Source: Candidatus Thorarchaeota archaeon (lineage in GTDB: Archaea > Asgardarchaeota > Thorarchaeia > Thorarchaeales > Thorarchaeaceae). From it: 32,000 nucleotides of DNA. Position numbers and translations under genes: made by a program. The stretch covers positions 30,001-62,000 of the forward strand of contig PRDJ01000039.1 in assembly GCA_003345555.1 (NCBI GenBank), given 5' to 3'. How positions within the stretch are numbered: position 1 is the first letter of the stretch; each line of letters starts with the position of its first letter. Below, in pieces: positions 17,350 to 24,210 of this stretch. A model generated the notes under the pieces. It made no database searches. It worked only from the letters and a program-made list of their open reading frames with translations, and was not told the DNA's origin.

Positions 17350-19794
17350 ATGTCAAGCTCTTGGATACTCAGAACTCGTCAGATGAGTGAAGCTGGAAAG
17401 GAAATCCTTCTGAGAGAAGCGCTCGCTTCTCATATGAGGAACACACGCGATCGACAGTTTGTCGCAGAGCTCCTGAAACAGAGATTGCCTCTGGAAGACA
17501 TTGTTTGCCTCTTTGCAGCTTATTACCTCACGAGCTATCAAGACGTGAGGCTGAGGGGACATGAATCCTTTGAGAACGTTCCCGGCGAACAGAAGGATCG
17601 GGTAGCGGCTGAGTCGCGGAGACTTCTGGAACTGGAGATACGCGGGCTCTTGGGTAACAAACAGAAAGAAGAGATGGACGTTGCAAGACTCATCAGCGAA
17701 TTCATAGTTGAATTCTGTGATGAAGTCGTGAGACCTGACTCGTCAAACCCTCAGGCAGGGATTGAAGTCACTAAGCTGCTGCAATCGTATGTCAAGAGAA
17801 TTCCTAATGACTACTCGCCAAACCATCATATCGATTTCATCAATGGTGTTACAGGCTGGGGGTCTATATGGAGAGACGAGATCTATGAGAAGGCATCGGG
17901 GCTCAAAGAGTCATCCCTGACGCTCAGAGAGGAGCTGCTTAAGGAGCGTGAGCCGGAGATACCCGAAACAGCTGTTCTTCTTAGGTGCATTACACGTTTG
18001 CTGGGACATACTACGTACCTTCAGGGCCCGTTGAGCCCCGGTGATATCGATAATAGCAAGTGGGAGGAGATTGCCCGAGCAGTAACCCAGAATATCGCCA
18101 AGAGCGGACAGGGGCTGCAAGCGCTGAGGAAAGCCCATCAGATTCGTCTAGAAGCTCTTGATGCCATCGAGAGGGAATTTCAAACCCCGACTTCCCTTGA
18201 GGAATTCGAGAATCGAGTCGGCGATTTTCTGGCGAAGCGAATTGCCGAGGAGATTGCAGCTAATCCAAATGACGCGTACTTTCTCTTGGGGCACTTGCTT
18301 GGCCTCAACCCAAATGATGTCAAAGCGGCACTCAGACCGAAAGGAATCGCCAGCCCAACTGACCTTGTGTCTGGGTTCGGCGCACTGACCGCGGGAGCAC
18401 CTGAGGATGTTGGGCGCACCCCAGCGGAAAAGGGTGATTTGGAGGACATGGACCGCTCGCTGAAAACATTGGACAAGATCGAGCAGACCCTTGAGAAGTC
18501 TGTGAAGGGTATGCTTCGTTCCCGCGGTCTCAAGTCTTCCGAACTCGACAAGATATCCCTCCAACTTCTCACCAAAGAGCGAAGCAGCCTCATAGGAATC
18601 GAGATTGTTGTATTGGAACAGTTGAAGAAGATGGTACGTGTTCCTCCTCCGCAAGAGATTGCCCGATTAATCAAACTCCGCGAGGACGTACAGAAAGGTG
18701 CCCTGACTTCTTCGGGTGTCTCCTCAGGACCACAAGTCAGCCGCCAGCTGAAGCAAGATGAGACAATCCGTTCTCTTAAGCTGGATATAGTCTGGCACCT
18801 GATGATAGGCCTGTTTACGAACCTGACTCGTGTAGTAGAAATGTACGTGCGTTCCAAGCAGGACATTCTTCGTATCAAAGCGCTTCTCAAAAGCATCTAC
18901 GAGAAGACCGAGAGTGAATTGCAGGTCTACCGAGAAGAGATACTTTTCGACTTTGCCATCGTACGAATCCAAGAGATCAAGTGTATTTGCCCTGAGTTGG
19001 ACACCCTTTCCCTTTGGGCTTGGTTCCATGCGCGGCTGTCAGGCGAGGACATGGATTCTGCTAAGTCTGAGTTCACTGGTTCGTCAAGTTCTGTGTTTGA
19101 GGGCGTGGTCAAAGCCCCTCTCAGAATAGCTGGTCTTGAATTTGATAACTACGCTATAGCTTTCGACGTGATGAACAGATTCCTAGTGAGGGAGAAAAGG
19201 GCAAAGCAGGCTAAGGAAGAGGTTGCGGTAGAGACGAAGCTTGAAGAACAGAAAATGATAGAAACCAAACGGAAGGAGCTCGACGTCCTCACATTTATCT
19301 ATACTAAGGCTCACACCGTATTCAAGGCCACGGGCAGGACCGGTCCCAAAGGCTTGGAATGGACATCAACTGATAGTTCCAAATGTGCGAATCTCCTGAG
19401 TCTGTACTTGAGAACCAATCGGGGCCGAGCCATATGCACGGCATGTGGGTCAATGGCTAAGGAGGGAACGTGTCCTAATCATGGTTCAGAGCTTGTAAAT
19501 GCGAGTTCCGACTTGGACAACTTGGCGGTGTTCATAATGCAGGGAATCTCCGAAATCAAGACTGGCCTTATCGGGCCGTCTGCTGAATCCATGTCGTGGG
19601 AGAAAGCGAAGGCCGTCGTGCAGAAAGAAACTAGCTTGCTCAAGCAGAAAGGCAAGCTTGACAAGAAGGCGAACTTGAAGCTTCTCTTGCCGGGTGAGAT
19701 AGACTATGTGGTCGGCCCAGCAATGGCGGCCGTCGTGGCGCAGTACTTCAATGAGTCACTTCAGTATGCCGCTCGTCGGGCACGCTTGGCATGA
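17350..19794 (+). CDS. Large hypothetical helical protein (814 aa) with a C-terminal CxxC...CxxH zinc-binding motif
   Basis: 2.4-kb ORF; GAGGTGA RBS (17339-17345) overlaps the upstream stop; CTACGSMAKEGTCPNHG. Confidence 0.85.
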   Translation: MSSSWILRTRQMSEAGKEILLREALASHMRNTRDRQFVAELLKQRLPLEDIVCLFAAYYLTSYQDVRLRGHESFENVPGEQKDRVAAESRRLLELEIRGLLGNKQKEEMDVARLISEFIVEFCDEVVRPDSSNPQAGIEVTKLLQSYVKRIPNDYSPNHHIDFINGVTGWGSIWRDEIYEKASGLKESSLTLREELLKEREPEIPETAVLLRCITRLLGHTTYLQGPLSPGDIDNSKWEEIARAVTQNIAKSGQGLQALRKAHQIRLEALDAIEREFQTPTSLEEFENRVGDFLAKRIAEEIAANPNDAYFLLGHLLGLNPNDVKAALRPKGIASPTDLVSGFGALTAGAPEDVGRTPAEKGDLEDMDRSLKTLDKIEQTLEKSVKGMLRSRGLKSSELDKISLQLLTKERSSLIGIEIVVLEQLKKMVRVPPPQEIARLIKLREDVQKGALTSSGVSSGPQVSRQLKQDETIRSLKLDIVWHLMIGLFTNLTRVVEMYVRSKQDILRIKALLKSIYEKTESELQVYREEILFDFAIVRIQEIKCICPELDTLSLWAWFHARLSGEDMDSAKSEFTGSSSSVFEGVVKAPLRIAGLEFDNYAIAFDVMNRFLVREKRAKQAKEEVAVETKLEEQKMIETKRKELDVLTFIYTKAHTVFKATGRTGPKGLEWTSTDSSKCANLLSLYLRTNRGRAICTACGSMAKEGTCPNHGSELVNASSDLDNLAVFIMQGISEIKTGLIGPSAESMSWEKAKAVVQKETSLLKQKGKLDKKANLKLLLPGEIDYVVGPAMAAVVAQYFNESLQYAARRARLA

Positions 19795-20107
19795 GCCTTT
19801 GCGATCTCAATCAAGGAAAAAAACCACTCTTCCTCTCCGTCAGATGGTAACCTCTGTGCTATTTAATCACCTCAAATCCAGCGCAATCGCAGGACAGTCT
19901 CCGCCGTTCTGACCGACAGAAAACGTAGAATATTGTCTGTCGGCAGATTGTGGGTGAATAGTTGAATTGATTCTCGGTGAATAACCGAAATGAACGTCGA
20001 GACAAGACCCGTTGTTCCACCGGACGGTCCTTGGGTCTTCTAAGGAGCACCAAGGTCAACCTCTGGAATCACATCATTGAGAGATTCGTGAATATTCAAA
20101 GCCCCTG

Positions 20108-20150
20108 GTGCCGGTACCGATTCTGGGACCGGCACACCATCCTCTTTTTT
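20108..20150 (+). terminator. Hairpin plus T6 tract
   Basis: GTGCCGGT (20108-20115) / ACCGGCAC (20128-20135), TTTTTT at 20145-20150. Confidence 0.5.
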
Positions 20151-20296
20151 CGTCTTCAAGTAACTCCGTTGGGCTGATTCATTCTACCAGTTCGCCGATT
20201 GTTGTCCTCCTTCCGCATTCTTCACGAATCGCTGCTTTTGTTAGAAGAGGCGGTTGATCGGCCTATTCCCCTGATAGTCATAGAGCAACGTAACCT

Positions 20297-20308
20297 GAAA
20301 CTTATATA
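20297..20308 (+). promoter_or_regulatory. BRE/TATA box for the aldolase-Fae operon
   Basis: GAAA-CTTATATA ~38 nt upstream of ATG 20346. Confidence 0.6.
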
Positions 20309-20345
20309 CGGCCTTAGGACCGGCTTGGCTGCTGAGTGAATTCAG

Positions 20346-21749
20346 ATGCCTAAGAAGTTCGTGCCAAGAGGGATAATGCCAGCCCTCATAACGCCATTCG
20401 CGAAAGATGGCGAGATAATCGAACAGAGCTTTCGCGAGATTATCGATTACACAATTAGCAAAGGAGCCGCCGGAGTCGTACCCGCTGGCACAACGGGCGA
20501 GTTCGTTTACATGAATATGGACGAGCGCAAGAAGCTTCTGAGTCTGACAACGGAATGCGTGAATGGTCGCGTTCCGATTATTGCAGGCACAGGTCAGAGC
20601 AGCACTGAAGCAGCTACTGAGCTGACGAAGTACGCGGCAGATATTGGATGCGATGCAGCTTTGATCGTTTCTCCCTTCTATTTGAAACCGACTGACAAGG
20701 GCTACTACGAGCACTATGCCACTATCGCAAGAAAGAGTGACCTGCCTGTCATAATGTATAATATTCCTCAGATGGGCGGTATGGGTGTCCTCCCTGTTAG
20801 CGTTGTGGAAGACCTAGCCGAACTGGACAATATCGTAGGCATCAAGGACAGCAGTGGTAACATAACCTACATGCTGGAACTACTGCAGAAGCTAAAAGGC
20901 CGCATTTCTGTGATAAATGGCAATGACGAGATCTTCTTCTCTGCAGTGACTGCGGGTGTGAACGCCGCAATCATGGCCTCAGCGAACTTGATGCCTCATC
21001 TTTGGAATGATCTTTTGAAGAAAGTCCGCAAAGGTGACATTGATGGAGCCCTCAAGCTTCAGCTCTCGATGCAGACTCTGACTCGAATTGTGACAAGGTA
21101 TGGAGGTGCTCCGCCAGTCAGGGCAGCACTGAAGATGATGGGAATCGATTCGGGTAAAGCACGAATGCCACTTAACACAGGTGGGACGTTGACTCCCGAA
21201 CTTAAGGAGGAAATAAGAGTCGAGCTGGAGAAGCTAGGGCTGATTGGGGGTTCAAAGCATGTTGGTCCAGCGAAAGAAGTCGACATTAATGGTGTCCTAC
21301 TAGAGGCCGGATTGAGTGCCGAACAGCAACAAGCCCTCAAGGTCGGACGCGGATCGAGTCAAGCTTGTACCGCCAGCGTCGTTTGTGGATCCAAGACCGG
21401 TCCCCTGGGATCAGCGTTTGTCCGATTGCTGACGACTCCGCGAATTGGACGCGAGGCACTATCAGTGATTCTTGAACCGAACTTGGCTGTCAGACCTTCC
21501 AGCCTAATGTTGCCGGGCAGAAAGATCAGCTCAATGCGTCAGGCGTCAGTGTTCTACGGTCCAGTGCAGTCCGGCGCTGCTAGAGCTGTTGCAGGTCACC
21601 TAGCTGCTGGCAAGATATCTCCTGACGCGGTTCAAAACAATGTCATGGTGATGGTGATCGATGTGGACTTGGATACAGTCGACAGAAGAGCAGTCACTGC
21701 CGCTACGGAGGTAGCGGTTTCCGCGGCTCTCAGTCAGATTTGGAGGTGA
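20346..21749 (+). CDS. DapA/NAL-family class I aldolase (Schiff-base Lys intact) fused to a degenerate Fae domain (467 aa)
   Basis: GIMPALITPF, AGTTGEF, SPFY, MYNIP, VGIKDSSG (AAG 20844-20846); C-terminal EPNLAVRP and RQASVFYGPVQSGAARAV match Fae, but there is no His in the segment matching AHIDL. Confidence 0.9.
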   Translation: MPKKFVPRGIMPALITPFAKDGEIIEQSFREIIDYTISKGAAGVVPAGTTGEFVYMNMDERKKLLSLTTECVNGRVPIIAGTGQSSTEAATELTKYAADIGCDAALIVSPFYLKPTDKGYYEHYATIARKSDLPVIMYNIPQMGGMGVLPVSVVEDLAELDNIVGIKDSSGNITYMLELLQKLKGRISVINGNDEIFFSAVTAGVNAAIMASANLMPHLWNDLLKKVRKGDIDGALKLQLSMQTLTRIVTRYGGAPPVRAALKMMGIDSGKARMPLNTGGTLTPELKEEIRVELEKLGLIGGSKHVGPAKEVDINGVLLEAGLSAEQQQALKVGRGSSQACTASVVCGSKTGPLGSAFVRLLTTPRIGREALSVILEPNLAVRPSSLMLPGRKISSMRQASVFYGPVQSGAARAVAGHLAAGKISPDAVQNNVMVMVIDVDLDTVDRRAVTAATEVAVSAALSQIWR

Positions 21750-21755
21750 GGAAAA

Positions 21756-23234
21756 ACGCCTGAAGGATCTTGGCGATTCAAAGGTGTGTACGCCGGACTA
21801 GTCACACCGTTTGGTGAGAACGGCGTCAATGAGGCACAATACCGCAATCTGATTGAGCATGTTATCAAGGCAGGGGCAAACGGCATTGTTCCCTGCGCAT
21901 CACTCGGCGAATTCACAAGTATGTCATTTGAGGAGAAAGCTGAAGCTATTCGAGTCGCATGCGACGCTGCGAAGGGACGGGTGCCGGTGCTTGCGGGTGC
22001 ATGCGCGGCTTACACTGCCGACGTCGTCAAGCTGTATCTAAAGGCTGCCGAGTACGGAGCTTCGGGGGCGTTGGTAGTCTCTCCGTATTTCATGAAGCCT
22101 TCCACAAAGGAAATCTATGAACACTATGAGAAGGTTGCGAACTCAGCTGGTCTCCCAGTATTCCTGTATAATTGTCCACAGTTCACTGGCGTGAACCTCG
22201 ACTGGTGGCTGATCGAAGGTCTGCGCGAGATCAAGGGCATTATTGGGCTCAGCGATGCGAGCGGCAACTTGGTCAATGTCTCGCAGATACTCGCTCGTCG
22301 GCCAGAGGACTTTCAAGTTGTTGTTGGCCATGATGAAGTCGTTCTGCCGAGTATGGCAGCAGGCTGCGATGGAGCTATCCTAGCAACTGCAAATATCTTC
22401 CCCGACAGATATGTAAGAATGGCGATTGCTCTAAGTCAAGGCGATCTCAAAGAGGCTAGACTCATTCAGCGTAGCGTTCAGAGAACCGCGAGAATCGTTG
22501 TCAACAAGGGCGGTCCTCTCGCTGTCAAGGCGGCCCTGAATATGATGGGCATCCCCGTCGGTTCTGCTCGAATGCCTCTCCTACAGGGCGATGTTCTGGG
22601 CTATGATGACTTAGATGAACTCAGGACACAGCTGGAAGACCTCCAGCTGATGCCTAGAGGGTCAGTCACCTACAGGGCGCATGGTCGATCCGTTGTTACG
22701 GATGCATATCCGAAGGCTGTGGGAATGAGCAAGGACATCATCGATGACCTCACCCTCCTTCATGGAGAAGCTTTGTGTGGGGAGGGATTGGAAGTTGCTC
22801 ATGTCGATCTGGTTGTGGGACTCAAGGATGGGCCTATGCAGGCTGCCTTGACCAACGCAGGTATCAAGACCGATGGCTTCCATATGTCCAACATCATCAA
22901 GGACCTTCGACCTACGACCGTATTTGCGCCCACGGTGACAATCACCGACGAACATCACAGCAGGCTCGTGTTCGAGTTCGCTCAGAAGGCCGTTGCTGAC
23001 GCTGTGACAAGGACAATCACAGACCGGATGATTCCCGAGGAGCTTGTGCCAGACCTAGTGATTGCTGTGAAAGTGTTCGTCCATCCCAATGCCAACAACC
23101 CAAGACGGGTACACATGAACAATTTCCGAGCCACGAGGTTTGCGATAAGGCGAGCTCTGGAAGGTCGACAATCTGTAGAGGAGGTAGTTGCCCGAAAGGA
23201 CTCAGCTCGTCATCCATATGGCTACAATCCATGA
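21756..23234 (+). CDS. fae: DapA-like pseudo-aldolase (Schiff-base Lys to Ser) fused to an intact-looking Fae domain (492 aa from ACG 21756; 482 aa from GTG 21786)
   Basis: GVYAGLVTPF, ASLGEF, LYNCP, IIGLSDASG (AGC 22251-22253 at the Lys position); Fae signature GEALCGEGLEVAHVDL, AQKAVADAV, VFVHP, ATRFAIRRAL, C-terminal HPY. Confidence 0.9.
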   Translation, partial: TPEGSWRFKGVYAGLVTPFGENGVNEAQYRNLIEHVIKAGANGIVPCASLGEFTSMSFEEKAEAIRVACDAAKGRVPVLAGACAAYTADVVKLYLKAAEYGASGALVVSPYFMKPSTKEIYEHYEKVANSAGLPVFLYNCPQFTGVNLDWWLIEGLREIKGIIGLSDASGNLVNVSQILARRPEDFQVVVGHDEVVLPSMAAGCDGAILATANIFPDRYVRMAIALSQGDLKEARLIQRSVQRTARIVVNKGGPLAVKAALNMMGIPVGSARMPLLQGDVLGYDDLDELRTQLEDLQLMPRGSVTYRAHGRSVVTDAYPKAVGMSKDIIDDLTLLHGEALCGEGLEVAHVDLVVGLKDGPMQAALTNAGIKTDGFHMSNIIKDLRPTTVFAPTVTITDEHHSRLVFEFAQKAVADAVTRTITDRMIPEELVPDLVIAVKVFVHPNANNPRRVHMNNFRATRFAIRRALEGRQSVEEVVARKDSARHPYGYNP

Positions 23235-23331
23235 GCCTACCTCATAGATGTTGATATAAGCCAGAAACGCTCGGGAAGATGTAAGCCGGCCATACATCGC
23301 CACCATCTCCAATCTACGGCAGGCGAAACGG

Positions 23332-23541
23332 GTGTCGGGACAATACGGTCAGTCGCTAAAGGATCTACTTGAGCGAATGCATATTTCTGACTCAGAGAAG
23401 CTTGTTGCGGAAGGTGAGACCTTAGTGATAGACACGAAAGCAGAACGAATTCTCCTCTCGCGAAAGGATGGCGTTCTGTCAATCAGGTCTCTTCCTTCAC
23501 CGGGATCCGGCAGTATTGCTGGAAAGGGTCACAACACTTAG
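23332..23541 (+). CDS. Possible small hypothetical protein (at least 69 aa)
   Basis: Protein-like composition; TATA-like GATATAAG near 23253-23260; frame open back to 23260 without a canonical start. Confidence 0.35.
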   Translation: MSGQYGQSLKDLLERMHISDSEKLVAEGETLVIDTKAERILLSRKDGVLSIRSLPSPGSGSIAGKGHNT

Positions 23542-23560
23542 TTGGCCGATTGTTAAGCCA

Positions 23561-23585
23561 AGTTGTCACCGAAAGTGTGACAATT
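23561..23585 (+). other. GAAA-tetraloop hairpin, possible terminator element
   Basis: TTGTCAC (23563-23569)-C-GAAA-G-T-GTGACAA (23577-23583); pyrimidine-rich tract ~35 nt downstream. Confidence 0.45.
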
Positions 23586-23668
23586 CGAGAGGCCTTGGCC
23601 ATCACAGTTGGAATTGGCTCTTCTTTGCCCTTCTTCGCTCTCCGGGAGGTTTCTGTGCCTGTTTGGGG

Positions 23669-23676
23669 TATTTATA
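23669..23676 (+). promoter_or_regulatory. TATA box not followed by a credible ORF; candidate ncRNA promoter
   Basis: TATTTATA; a start ~23698-23701 would precede the structured region. Confidence 0.45.
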
Positions 23677-23698
23677 CTTACAGAGCCAGTATTGAGTG

Positions 23699-24003
23699 AG
23701 CCAAGCAGATTTGTCTTAGCGTGCTAGCCCAGATTCCGTTGGAGCTCGACAATATGGTTGAAACCCGTTCTGCCAAAGTGGGCCTCCATCAAGGGGACGA
23801 GACGGCATGCTTGGCTGGGCCCACAAGGGGGACCAAGACGTTGGCGATCGACACCGCCGAAATCAACAGTTGCGTATCTATCTCGAAGGTTCTCCACATC
23901 ACCTCTTCGAGGGATGGCGGACCTTGTTCGGTTTGTCCTGTGAAAGTGTCTCATAGATAGCAACCTGAGAAAGCGGCCGTTTGGTATGGAACGGGTTTCA
24001 ACC
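23699..24003 (+). ncRNA. Candidate structured non-coding RNA of unknown family (strand inferred from the TATA box)
   Basis: Perfect 15-bp inverted repeat GGTTGAAACCCGTTC (23756-23770) / GAACGGGTTTCAACC (23989-24003) enclosing several nested stems; no credible ORF. Confidence 0.5.
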
Positions 24004-24210
24004 TAACCATTCTGCAGGTCCGGCAGGTCATAAACAACTCTGGTGGCAAGTCTCAGCCTGCTCTTGGATCGTCATTGCTCGGTGCTCAGATAGGGGTAAC
24101 CGCCTCATCGACCCGCCGTTCTCCACTTGTCTCGCGCTCACCTTATGAAACTGCCTTTTTCCGTCGCAATCTTCTTAGCGTGCCTAGACTGGTCCCTCAC
24201 TGATGCAGCG

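Noticed and set aside
18148-18896. Long antisense ORFs (168 and 238 aa) inside the 814-aa gene
   Set aside because: Fully nested opposite a longer ORF, with the Ser/Arg-rich composition typical of shadow ORFs.
19859-20177. 66-aa ORFs on both strands and a minus-strand GAGGTGA at 19867-19873 followed by ATA
   Set aside because: Non-protein-like sequence; the ATA frame gives only 33 codons running antisense into the upstream gene.
21747-21749. Selenocysteine recoding of the UGA
   Set aside because: The position is an inter-domain linker, not a Cys-type catalytic site, and no SECIS-like hairpin was recognised; kept only as generic readthrough.
23721-23963. Three overlapping 61-79-aa ORFs in the structured region
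   Set aside because: Mutually overlapping on both strands with no RBS or motif; better explained as non-coding.
23699-24003. Identification as SRP RNA, RNase P RNA, tRNA, group II intron domain V, hammerhead ribozyme or a known riboswitch
   Set aside because: No CAGG…GGAA/GAAA…AGCAG helix 8, no GAGGAAAGUCC with a matching P4 partner, no T-arm/cloverleaf, no CUGANGA core on either strand by eye.
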